In this document: positions 51,486 through 62,723 of the stretch, one piece after another
Layout: each line of letters starts with the position of its first letter
Numbering within the stretch: position 1 is the stretch's first letter
Assembly: GCA_951406725.2 (NCBI GenBank)
Contig: OX597814.1
Coordinates: forward strand, 23,994,001 to 24,058,000
Origin: Octopus vulgaris
Lineage: Eukaryota
DNA length: 64,000 nt
Direction: 5' to 3'
Notes under the pieces: generated by a model
Told to the model about the DNA's origin: nothing
Seen by the model: the letters and a program-made list of their open reading frames with translations, nothing else
Databases searched by the model: none
Made by a program: the position numbers and the translations under genes

Positions 51486-52543
51486 AGATGTTGTTAATTT
51501 TGCAGTAGTTCTTATTGGTTAATCTGTCTCTGGTGTTTGAAAAAGTGGAATTGTCTTTTTGTTTTTCCCAATTTTGATGTGAGAATATCTTATCAATCTG
51601 ACAAATCATTTGATTTAAAAAGAAACTGTACATTTGATGTGACAGAAAATGCTTCTATTTGTAACCTAATCAATAGTTTTTTTATTATTCTGACATAATG
51701 ACACTGCAATGATTTAAGTATTTTGTTTAATTCACTCTTTTTTTTTCTTCTTTTGCTTTGTTCTCTCTCAGGTGAACAATAAAAGAAGTAAATAGAATAA
51801 TGTATAGACAGGATATAATTTTGTTTATTCTTTAACTTTAGCTAAAACATTTTTGTCTTATATAATTTCCTTAGCAGGGAACATAATCACACACACATGC
51901 ATGGACATACACATGCATGAATGCACATACACACATGCTTGTGACAACACACACATGCATACATGCATGCTTACATGCACACACATACACACATACATAT
52001 GCACAAACACACAAACACACACATGCACATTCTCACACAAAATGCTCTTTAAGATGAAATTTTTAATACTAACTCGGACAGCATGATTTCATTTTTTTGT
52101 TAGAGAGAAAATGTTTTTTACGCATGAATGGTTTTCTTGCTAGTAATCATTCAAGCAGGAAGTAGTAGACAAACTGAATTGCATGCTTTTGTTTAAGGGT
52201 CCAACAAAATGGATGTTGTGAGAGAGACAAAAGCTGATTAGAAAAACTCTAGTCATTCCATTTCTGCTGTTCACCATTATAAATTTTTCTGCAGATGAAC
52301 AAAACAATTTCTGACAATCATTTGCATCCTGATAGTTGTCTCCAGTGTGGTTGAATAGTTCTCTTCACAGCCATATAGTCTCAGGTTTAACCCCAACTCC
52401 ATAAGAATGTCTGCTCCAGCTCCAGGCCAACAAATCCCTTGCGAGTAGAATTGCAAAAGAGAAATTCTAGGGAAGCTCTACTCCCCAGACAGATCCAAAC
52501 CTTCTGAATAGATTTGAGAGATAGAAACTGAAAGATGCCCCAA

Positions 52544-52591
52544 TCATCATCATCATCATCATCATCGTTTAGCGTCCGTTTTCCATGCTAG

Positions 52592-52680
<89 letters not shown>

Positions 52681-52992
52681 CTTTGTGTATGTCTTTGATC
52701 CTCATCACTGCTTGACAATAGATGCTGGTTTGTTTACACAAGCCAGTAACAGGCTGGCAACGGACACGAAACGGGGCGGTGCTGGCAACGGTCGTGAAAC
52801 GGAAGGTTCTCTTACATGCCACCGGCACTGGTAACACATCTGCAATTTCCATTGATCGATTTCGATTCTGATCCTCACTTGCCTCAACAGGTCTTCACAA
52901 GTTGAGTTTTGTGTCCCAAGAAGGGAAGGTATGCATACATAGGCTGGCTCCATCCCAAGTAGAAGGCCAAGGGTTATGGACTCACTTGTCCA
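52544..52992 (-). mobile_element. Family D fragments inside a decayed family B SINE
   Basis: D tail at 52544-52594 and D upstream part at about 52742-52992, separated by (TG)n and a B segment. Confidence 0.65.
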
Positions 52993-53013
52993 ATATATAA
53001 TATATTTGTATAT

Positions 53014-53063
<50 letters not shown>

Positions 53064-53640
53064 CTTTGTGTGTGTCTTTGTTCCTCATCACTGCTTGACA
53101 ATAGATGCTGGTTTGTTTACATCCCTGTAACCTAGCAATTCAGCAAAAGAGACCAGTAAAATAAGCACCAAGCATAAAAAGTAAAATAAACATTGGGGTT
53201 CAATTTGTTCAATTAAGACCTTCAAGGTCGGTGACCCAGCAGAGTTACAATCTAATGAATGAAACAAATAAAAGAAAAGATATCTATGTATGTATGTACA
53301 AGGTGCATTCCAGATTTTTCAACGTTTTCAGGAGAAACATTTATTTATTTCAACGTAGTACAAATGTTTAATTTGATGTTGGTTTGATTATATCCCAGTA
53401 ACTTAGTGGTTTGGAAAATGAGGTCGATAGAATAAGCACCATGCTTTGATATATAAAATGGGGTTTGTATGATTGCGTATAGAGTGGTATATATTATTCA
53501 AAGGAATTCCAACTCTGTTTTTTATGTTTTATTTATATTCTTTATAATGTTAATGTAGAATATAGAATATATAGTGTAAATAGTATATATATAGTAGAAT
53601 GAAATGAAGTATTGATTGTCTTATTGAATAGATGAAAAAT

Positions 53641-53902
53641 TGAAACTGAAAGAAGCCTGTCGTATATATGTATATATATATATATATATATGTGTGTATG
53701 TGTGTGTGTTTGTCCCCTAGCATTGCTTGACAACCGATGCAGGTGTGTTTACGTCCCCGTCACTTAGCAGTTCGGCAAAAGAGACCGATAGAATAAGTAC
53801 TGGGCATACAAAGAATAAGTCCCGGGGTCGATTTGCTCGACTAAAGGCGGTGGTCCAGCATGGCCGCAGTCAAATGACTGAAACAAGTAAAAGAGTAAAA
53901 GA

Positions 53903-53905
<3 letters not shown>
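53641..53905 (+). mobile_element. Family B SINE, 5'-truncated, young
   Basis: gaaactgaaagaagcctgtcg..gtttacgtccccgtcacttagc..gactgaaacaagtaaaagagtaaaagagta, with CpGs retained. Confidence 0.9.
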
Positions 53906-53938
<33 letters not shown>

Positions 53939-54293
53939 GTGTGTGTGTGTATACACATATATATATATAAAAAAAGGGTTTGTATGATTGTGTATAGAGT
54001 GGTATTTTATGTTTTATTTATATTCTTTATAATGTTAATGTAGAATATAGAATGCACAGTGACAGTGGTCAGGTATACATAGTAAAATGAAACGAAGTAT
54101 TGATTGTCTTATTGAATAGATGAAAAATTGAATATCAAATATTAAGGGACTAGTATACTTTCTTGCATTTTAGCAGTCTTCGAGTTCCCAGGTTGTGACA
54201 GGAATGTTTCAACTGTGGGAGGTGGATTTGTGACAGGTGTAGAGATGTAAAGTAGAAAAGAATGACAAGAACAGATATCTTCTTGTAAAGTAG

Positions 54294-54485
54294 ATAGATA
54301 GGTACCCAGCAAGAAAGGGTGAAAATTAGTGAAGATTAAGTATCAGGGCATGCCTTGCTGGAGCCTCGTAGAGCTTTTAGGTGTTTTCGCTCAATAAACA
54401 CTCACAACGCCCAGTCTGGGAATCGAAACCGCGATCCTATGACCGCGAGTCCGCTGCCCTAACCACTGGGCCATTGCGCCTCCAC
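54294..54485 (-). mobile_element. Family E SINE with tRNA-Arg-like head
   Basis: Minus strand tggaggcgcaatggcccagtggttagggcagcggac-TCG-cggtcataggatcgcggtttcgattccc, with TCG at the anticodon position. Tail ends (tatc)n. Confidence 0.8.
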
Positions 54486-55962
54486 AGTAAGGATTGTAGA
54501 GAGTTACAAAAGGAGCACTGATAGCAGATATGAGACTGTTTTCAGGAAAAATGAGTATTCAGTAGATATATTGTGGTAAGGGATGATTTTGGGAGCATGA
54601 GATGATTCCTAGGGAATTGGGTCAAAGAAAAAAATTACTGGTTGCACAAAAATGGAGAATGAATATGTACAGATCGGCTCTCAGGTGATAGATGTCGCTC
54701 TGTAAATCTTTTGTGGGAGAAGAACCTCATAGCATTTCTTTTTTTGATGCTATTTTGCCCATTGGTGGTCTTGGGTGAGTTCTATGAGAGTGATGTTTTC
54801 TTTGTATGCACTTATAACTACTGCATAACTGTAATAAATCACTGTGACAGTGAATATTGTTGGAGTATGAACAGTGTTTTGTTTTATTGCTGTTATCTGT
54901 TATAAAACATATCTATAAATTTTTAACAAACACTATATGTTATCACACATGTTACCAGAAATTTAATATTCATTCAAAGAAGCTGCCAAGAAAGTGCTAA
55001 ATATGCAAATTAGTTTATCCAGTTTACTTTTACCACTAATATCAAGGTGTTTAGAAGCAATGTTTTCCTGGATTGTCAAGGCAGGTACATAGCTGTTGAT
55101 GAGATTCCAAACAGAAGTGAAAAGTTCAGTTAATATAGCTGTTCCTTCCTGTTCTCTCTGCAAGTACATTGTGTATATAGACGTGATATTGATATTATTT
55201 GTAAAGTACAATGCTGGTTAAAAATCTATTGATATATTCTGTAGCACATATAGTAATGAAACAAAACACTGTTAACAGACCAGTTATTTTGATTACATAT
55301 ATCTATAATCTTTTCACCCTTTAATTAATAAAAGAAATAAAATTTGTTAAGTAATAAATGAAATATGAAAACTTTGTGATGTTTGCAAATTTCTTTGTTC
55401 TCTCTGCCCAACATCTAGTTTTGATTCATTAATTATTGTTGTTTTATGTTATTTAGATGTAATTTAATGTAGCATTAAAAAATGATAGCGATATAGAACA
55501 GGCAATAATAGAAGAAATGAAAAATAAACTATAATGTTAAATCAGAAACCGTAGATGAATTGGCTGAAGTGATTGTGTATCAGATAAAATAGCTTGTGGG
55601 TTTTCTTGGGCTCTTTGCATTCTGAGTTCAAATCTTACTAGTGCTAACTTGAATGATCATCTCAATTTGTCACCTGGTTTAATACTATCGTCAGGCATAG
55701 TGAATATCTTTAGCCCTGAGTCCATGCTGTTACAAGCATTTAGGCGAAGTTCCTGACTTCATGATGCCTTTTTCCTTCCCTTCCACCAGTCTCAAAGACC
55801 TTGAAAAGAGCCACGGATGCTGCTGGTTAATTGATAAAATAAAATGAAAAACAAAAGAAGATTAATGTTATAAAAATCATCTTAAAGTTTTCAGTTTTAA
55901 AGTTATCTCTTGAAGTATTGCTCCAAACTAAGCTATTGTCCATTAATGAAAAAGATTAATTA

Positions 55963-56134
55963 ACTACACTCACGGAGTGGTTGGCGTTAGGAAGGGCATC
56001 CAGCCGTAGAAACACTGCCAGATCTGACTGGGCCTGACGAAGCCTTCCAGCTTCACAGACCCCAGTTGACCCGTCCAACCCATGCTAGCATGGAAAACGG
56101 ACGCTAAACGATGATGATGATGATGATGATGATG
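55963..56134 (+). mobile_element. Family D RTE-tail fragment (young)
   Basis: ctacactcacggagtggttggcgttaggaagggcatccagccgtagaaac..(gat)n. Confidence 0.85.
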
Positions 56135-56263
56135 AATGCCTATTGTTGTATTTAGGAATGGTCATTTTGCCAGTTTAGCCAATAAAAACACATGCACTAT
56201 ATATTTGGTGTTACTTTGCTTCAGCGTTATTCAATTTTTACATTAATCTTAATCTTATTTCAG

Positions 56264-56303
56264 CCAGAGTTCTTTCGTCACACTCCTGTGACCTCATCAG
56301 TGG
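56264..56303 (-). ncRNA. Minimal type I hammerhead ribozyme motif (Penelope-like terminal repeat)
   Basis: Minus strand CCA-CTGATGA-G-GTCACA-GGAG-TGTGAC-GAAA-GAAC-TC-TGG. Intact core, perfect 6-bp stem II, vestigial stem III, CUC triplet and 3-bp stem I. Confidence 0.65.
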
Positions 56304-57179
56304 TCCTTTGCTTTCTTCTTTCTTATTTGTGTGTCTCTCCTTACTAACGGTCAGCCATTTTGTATTTTGTATTCCTATTGTATGTGTCATCATTTGCGCA
56401 TGTGTATACCTCTATGTGTGTCTATGTTTAGTTAGTGTGTGCCAATGATCTCAAATATAATAAAATTCTACATGTAAATGTGTTTCTGGAATAATGATGT
56501 GCAGTAGGAAATTGTTGAAACTTACTTTTCAAGTTGTATTTTATTGGCAGAGAAAAGTTTCTCTGCCTGCTTAAAATGTCAATAATCTTGTCATAGTATA
56601 CCAGTACATAAACCTTGTTTTATTCCCCAAAGTCAAATTAATATATATAATAAAGAGACAACACAAAATCTATTTTTGAGGTATGAACCCAATAGCTTAA
56701 TTAGCTTACTTTATACAAAACAAGTATTAACATAGATCGTGTAACTTTAAATTTGCAATTTAATATTTTAATTAAAATATAAAACCATGAGAAAGTAGAA
56801 CACTTATAAATAGATTTACTCTTCTTAGTGTACTAATTCTAGTAACACTGATAAAATATAAACATGGTTTGTCAAAGTTAAAGTAACAATTAAAAAAATT
56901 GGAAGAAATAATTTTTTTAAAAGCAAACTTCAATTTTGTAACATGAGTGAAAAAATCTATTAAACCATATCAATAATTTCATCATGCAAATATTTTTTGA
57001 ATTTCTTTATAATATAAGCTAATTAGTTTTTAATAAAGGACATAAATCATTACTATAAAAATTGATAGCTGTAATAATAAATTTAATTAAATTTTTGAAA
57101 TTATTTTGAACAAAAATAATATATCACACTAAATAGTTTAACCCATCCGGTGTAAAAAATGGATGTTAAAGGGTATTAA

Positions 57180-57438
57180 AATAAAATAAATGCACCCTTT
57201 TAAAGCCTAGCCAGGTTCATGGGCCTGGTTTCCTGGTTTCTATAGTGTATGTGACCCCCAGCTGGATGGGATGCAAGTCCATCGCAGCATTACTTATTTT
57301 TGGCAGCTGAGTGGACTCCAGCAACGTGAAATGAAGTGTTTTGCTCAAGAACACAACACGTTGCCTGGTCCAGGAATCGAAACTACAATCTTACGATCAT
57401 GATGCTGACACCCTAACCACTAAGTCACATGCCTCCAT
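57180..57438 (-). mobile_element. Family C SINE
   Basis: Reverse-complement copy closely matching 38555-38811. Confidence 0.85.
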
Positions 57439-58399
57439 AACGGGTTTTACTAACGATACTGATGATAAATAATCAAAATACTTATCCTGATGGTAATTGC
57501 ATCTAAAATGGGAGTAATTATTCCAATGCAGTCATAAGTAAGTTTTATTGATATGAATTAACAAAAATAGCAAATGAATGATCAAAATAAACCTTTGGTG
57601 TTTAAGTTAAAATCAGACATGTTTCATAGATCAACTTAAAATCAACTTCTGTTCTAATGATATAATAGTTTTAAATTGATACATTGTATTTGCACAGACC
57701 TGATTATTTTAAGATGTCTAATTTAACTAACAGAATTATCTGAACCTAATTCTTTCGGTTTCATAATATGATTTTTTTTTTAAATGTAAGAAATAGACAA
57801 ATTTTGAAAAATTTTGTTTGTTTCTTTAGCTAACTCTTGAGAATTTATAAAACTCTACTGAAATTAGTTGTTTACTCTTTATTTCTTAACTGTTTATTGT
57901 AAATGAATTACTCAATGTTTAAATTAAAGAAGCCTTAAAACATTTTGAAAAATAATTCTTTTCTACTTAAAAATTTTTGACAAGTAAAATATGGAATAAA
58001 TTATTGGTATTGGACTTTGGAAAACCATTTAGCTGTGAATACCCATTTGGATTATGTATGCCCTTATGGAGTCAGAACACTTATATAGTTTAAATTGCTA
58101 ATGATCTACCTCATTATTGTGAATAAATGGAATTTGAATCTACATTCAACAAGTTCAATGAAGCATGAAAAACTAGTGGAAATCATTGTAATGATAAATT
58201 CTCATCATCTCTGTTCAATATTAACCAGGGCACATTATGTAAATATTCTAATTCTCATGTTATAAATAAATTTTAGGTTCATGAATAACATTTTATATCT
58301 TCTCTCCAGAGAAATATTTTAATTTATGATCTTCATTGCAAGATATCTGTAATGATTGTTGTTTTATTTAGACAGTCACCAACTGATGGTTCATCAATT

Positions 58400-58480
58400 C
58401 ACCATGCCTGAAGATCCTGTTATCTTTTCTGAATTCATTGACTTAATCTCTTTTTCACCATCCCTATGGCCGTTTGATTG
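58400..58480 (-). mobile_element. Short decayed RTE LINE fragment
   Basis: Minus strand EKEIKSMNSEKITGSSGMVN resembles EKAIK.MK.GKA.GPSG.V. Confidence 0.35.
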
Positions 58481-58741
58481 CTCTGGGGAAGCTGCCTTTA
58501 TTTAATTTCTTCATTTCTTCCCAGCAACATCGTGCTTTAACTGGATATGCTGTATTGTAACTCAATATATTTCATCTTTTATTGTTTCTTGTAATAAGAT
58601 TAGTATATCTTTCTGGTTTCTTCTCAGTGAAAAACATGATAATTTTCATCTATTACCTATTATATTTTCAACTTATTTCAACCTTGTCATTAACTGTTTC
58701 ATCTGTTCTGTTCTTATATTTTAAAAGCTCTAAATGTTTAA

Positions 58742-58961
58742 CCCTTTAGCATTTAAATCGGCCATATCCGGCCAAAAGTATTCTGCCTGTTTTATAGTCA
58801 AACTGGCCAGATCTGACCTCTCACCCCAACCCTACAATATCGTTTTAAAAATTAATAGTTCCTCATCAAATTCTCATAGCTACAAGATAATGCATGATTA
58901 GTTCAAAACAATGTGAATAAAAAGGGATTAATTTTGGCAGAATAATGCAAACACTAAAGGG
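58742..58961. mobile_element. piggyBac-like MITE (220 bp)
   Basis: TTAA at 58738-58741 and 58962-58965. TIRs ccctttagcattt / aaacactaaaggg. Confidence 0.85.
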
Positions 58962-59394
58962 TTAATAATCAGTTGTCTGGGTAACAATATTACAAATCTC
59001 TCAGTAAACAGTTACTAACCTCTTTCTTTGTTCCTGTAAAATATCATGAAACCTCTTCTGGATTGACAAAAAAACACAGAAGAGAGGTTTCATGTTTTCT
59101 CTCTTATTTAGTTGCCATATATGTGTACTTATATGTAGATTTATAATACCTTTCTTTTACTCTTTTATTCTTTTACTTGTTTCAGTCATTTGACTGCAGC
59201 CATGCTGTAGCACCGCATTTAATCGAACAATTAGACCATAGGATTTATTCTTCTCTATATACTTTCGGTGTGAATGATTTTGTTATACGGTGCTGAGTTT
59301 TACAATCCTGTAAATAACAATAATACTGGTATTTATATAAGCTTAAAGCTTACAGCGATCACCGTGCAGTGACTAAAGAATATAGTTTAATGAC

Positions 59395-59597
59395 AGGGCA
59401 TAAACATAGAGAGGACAAACAAGGACAAAGGGATTAAGTCGATTACATCGACCCCAGTGCAAAGCTGGTACTTTATTTATCGACCCAGAAAGGATGAAAA
59501 GCAAAGTCGACCTCAACGGAATTTGAACTCAGAATGTAATGACAGACGAAATACCGCTAAGCATTTCGCCCAGCGCGCTAATGTTTCTGCCAGCTTG
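59395..59597 (-). mobile_element. Family A SINE
   Basis: Reverse-complement copy containing tcgacccagaaaggatgaaaagcaaagtcgacctc..gaatttgaactcagaa. Confidence 0.85.
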
Positions 59598-59615
59598 CAA
59601 ATAAGCCCTCGATGG

Positions 59616-59700
59616 AAAAAAGTAGGCTTTCCTATCCGCACAGGACTCGAACCAACATCCCTTTGTTAACACAACTGTGTTACCATTACACCAGCGAATT
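59616..59700 (-). ncRNA. tRNA-like Pol III unit (degenerate anticodon arm) with oligo-T terminator
   Basis: Minus strand ATTCGC-TG-GTGT-AATGGTA-ACAC...GG-TTCGAGT-CC..GCGGAT gives an acceptor stem, a D arm with A box, and B box GGTTCGAGTCC. T6 follows at 59616-59621. Confidence 0.6.
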
Positions 59701-60515
59701 AGCCTATTAACATTTGTACAATATTACATTATACTGTATTATCAGTACTTGACCAAAACAATTCTTAAGTTTTTCAGAACATACTCATCAACTGTAAATA
59801 TTTTAAAACTATTGTTTATGCACAAAAGTTATATTTCACTTACAACTGTTGTTTTAAAATTTATGCCATATTCTTTTAATACATTTTGGCCTAGTAGTAT
59901 GGAAGAATCAATTTCCATTAAAAATTAAATGTTATGTTTCCTCTGCATTGTATGGTTTGCTGAAGTTTTAACACACATGCATACACATGTTAGGGTTATT
60001 GTAAAATAATGTGTTGTATTTTCAAGCAAATAGTCTGATGTTGTGTTGCAAATAGCTTGTAAACCAATAAAAGGTAACCTGATAATCAACCAATCAATAT
60101 AGAGCTAATGACCAAATTTTAAAGTGGACACATGCCATACGTGTGTATATATTCTAGCTGATAGCCCTAGGAAGACAAAGAATCTATAGTGAGCTGCATA
60201 TTCAACATTGCTTGCTTTACAAATTCCTTAAGGGCAGTGAAAGCAAAGGAAAGCATATTTACTGTATATCCTCATGGTGTAAGTGTTTAGAAATGCCAAA
60301 CTGAAAAATGGTAACTTTGATATTTTGGAAAGGTATTAATCAGAAAGACCCTCTGTTCTCACCAATAACACAATGAAAAGCACAACAGAAGAAGACTTAT
60401 GTCAAAATATGTTTTATTCTGATTTCATCACATTATATGAAATATGATATTATTTCTCACTACCCCATATATATATACATATACATATATACATACATAC
60501 ATACATGCATACATA

Positions 60516-61043
60516 TGAGATGGTATCAAAAAGTTCCCAGATTAGTTCTGTAGTGCAGCAACAGATGGCAGCACATGGTTGTGTGTGCAATGAGAGCTAG
60601 CAGTGACCTTCATGAGGCAGTGTGCTGAGTGATATTGCTGTGTTCACTTTGCAATTTATGAAATTTGTAATTCTGTGATCACATGTATGGTGTAGTCTGT
60701 GATGTTTATCATGGACAGGAAGTTGGAATAAAGAGCCAACGTGAAATTTTGCATTAAACTTGGGTAGTTTGCTACAGAGACATCGAGCATGCTTTGGTAA
60801 GCTTACAACAATGAGGCAATGTGTTGTACACAATGTTTTGAGTGACACTGGTGCACAACAGTGCTGCAGCTTGACTTGCTTACAGAAAACAACCTCCAGG
60901 CCAGATTCCAAAAGTGGCAGGAACCCTGAGACTGGTGTATTGCTGTCAAGGTGACTATTTGAAAGGAGTTGATGTTAAAACTTAGGTAAATAAGTTATTT
61001 TTTATTAGGCATACTAGTTCAATAACTTTTTGATACCATTTTG
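60516..61043 (+). mobile_element. Internally deleted mariner element
   Basis: TIRs (t)gagatggtatcaaaaagtt / aactttttgataccatttt(g), flanked by TA. N-terminal MDRKLE*RANVKFCIKLG..ATET and C-terminal KWQE..D.CIA..GDY remnants. Confidence 0.85.
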
Positions 61044-61044
61044 T

Positions 61045-61162
61045 ATATACATATAAAAATACATACATACTTGTACATACATACATACATACATACATAC
61101 ATACATACATACATACATACATACATACATACATACATACATACATACATACATACATACAT
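61045..61162. repeat. (CATA)n microsatellite
   Basis: Directly visible. Confidence 0.9.
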
Positions 61163-61167
61163 GCTTG

Positions 61168-61942
61168 TGTAGCTGGTCTGAAAGTTCACAGCCTTATCAA
61201 GATATGCTCAACGAATGTGACCAAATGAAGGCAATTTTTCAACAAAGTCCCCCTTGCAGTCCATACCCTTCTTCCATCAGAATTGCAGTATTTGGATCTC
61301 ATTGATAAAGAAGCTTTCTTCCTGTTGGTTAAAAAAGTCATCAACAGCAGATATGGCATTATCATCACTGTAATACTGGTTCCCAGCAAAGAGTTTTTAA
61401 TGTTGGAGAACAAATCATAGATGGGGGCCAAATCAGGAGAATAAAGAGAGTGATCAACCAATTCAAAGCCACAGTCATGCACAGCAGTCATTAAAAGCAA
61501 GCTCTTGGGTACTGGAACATTGTCCTGATAAAACAAAACCTCTTTCATCAGTTTTCCTGGGCTATTAGTCTTGATAGGATTTTGTAACTGTCTCGATAAA
61601 TTGGCATAGTACTCTCCATTGATAGTGTGGTCCTTTTGAAGTTAGCCAATAAACACAATGCTTCTTGCACCCCAAACAACCAAGGCCATCACTTCCCACC
61701 ATGGGGTGTTTCCACAGCATAGATTGTCTTTTTGTTTCTAACTCAAAGTGATGAGCCCAGCATTTATCTTGGGCTTGGAAATGTTCAAGGAAACCAGCTG
61801 GATCTGCCTCAATGTCAGATTTTCCTGTGATGTGATCAGCCTGGTGTGTTTTTGATCAGGTTTCAGAAGAAGTGGCACCCACCAAGCAGTAACCTTCTTT
61901 ATACCAAGTTCGTTATGCAGAATATTCTCAATTCTCTCACGA
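61168..61942 (-). mobile_element. Mariner transposase pseudogene fragment
   Basis: ILHNELGIKKVTAWWVPLLLKPDQK (WVP..L) and VLFYQDNVPVPKS...GFELVDHSLYSPDLAP (DNA.PH / YSPDLAP). Confidence 0.85.
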
Positions 61943-62311
61943 CATCTAGTTCCTCTTATACCCATTTTCACTCAGTGTCTTTGTACTAATTCTTTTACAC
62001 ACACACACACATTGCACATCCAATGGAACATGCTCCCTTAGTTTCTTTCCAGTCTTCTCAAGTCCTCTGCATTCAAGACCCATATCTTACTGCCATGCAG
62101 CATTGCAGTTCTAACACAAGCATCGTACATTTTGCCCTCCACTTTTAGAAAAAAGATCTTTGTTGTCAGCAGTGGTTGTAGCTTTAACCTTCTCCAACTA
62201 ATTCTTACTCTTGCAAGTAACCACCTCCCTTGCTAATAACATCTCCTCAGTAACAAAAGCTATCAACTACTTCTATTGAACCATCAAGGCATTTAAGTAA
62301 CTCAATTTCAG
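61943..62311 (-). mobile_element. RTE LINE RT C-terminal fragment
   Basis: Minus strand EVVDSFCY*GDVISKGGG..RVRISWRR..PLLTTK..GKMYDACVRTAMLHGSKIWVLNAEDLRRLERN*GSMFHWMCNV. Confidence 0.85.
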
Positions 62312-62341
62312 GTGTGCTTGTACATACTGCTCCAGTGCATC

Positions 62342-62723
62342 TACTCTTTTACCCGTTTCAGTCACTTGACTGTGGCCATGCTGGAGCACCGCCTTTAGTT
62401 GAGCAAATCGACCCCAGCCTAGTATTTATTCTATCGGTCTCTTTTGCCGAACCGCTAAGTTATGGGGATCTAAACACACCAGCATTAGTTGTCAAGCGAT
62501 GGTAGGGGGACAAACATAGACACACAAACATATACACACATGCATATATATATATATACGACAGGCTTCTTTCAGTTTCCCTCTACCAAATCCACTCACA
62601 AGGCTTTGGTCAGCCTGAGGCTATAGTAGAAGGCACTTGCCCAAGGTGCCACACAGTGGGACTGAACCCGAAACCATGTGGTTGGTAAACAAGCTACTTA
62701 CCACACAGCCACTCCTGTGCCTA
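62342..62723 (-). mobile_element. Family B SINE, near full length
   Basis: Reverse complement of the 28305-28715 copy, including head, CORE-like domain and tail. Confidence 0.9.

Noticed and set aside
61738-61971. ORF joining RTE-derived MGIRGTRC to mariner RERIENILHNELG (apparent fusion protein)
   Set aside because: Chance in-frame junction of two decayed elements. Both are riddled with stops and frameshifts.
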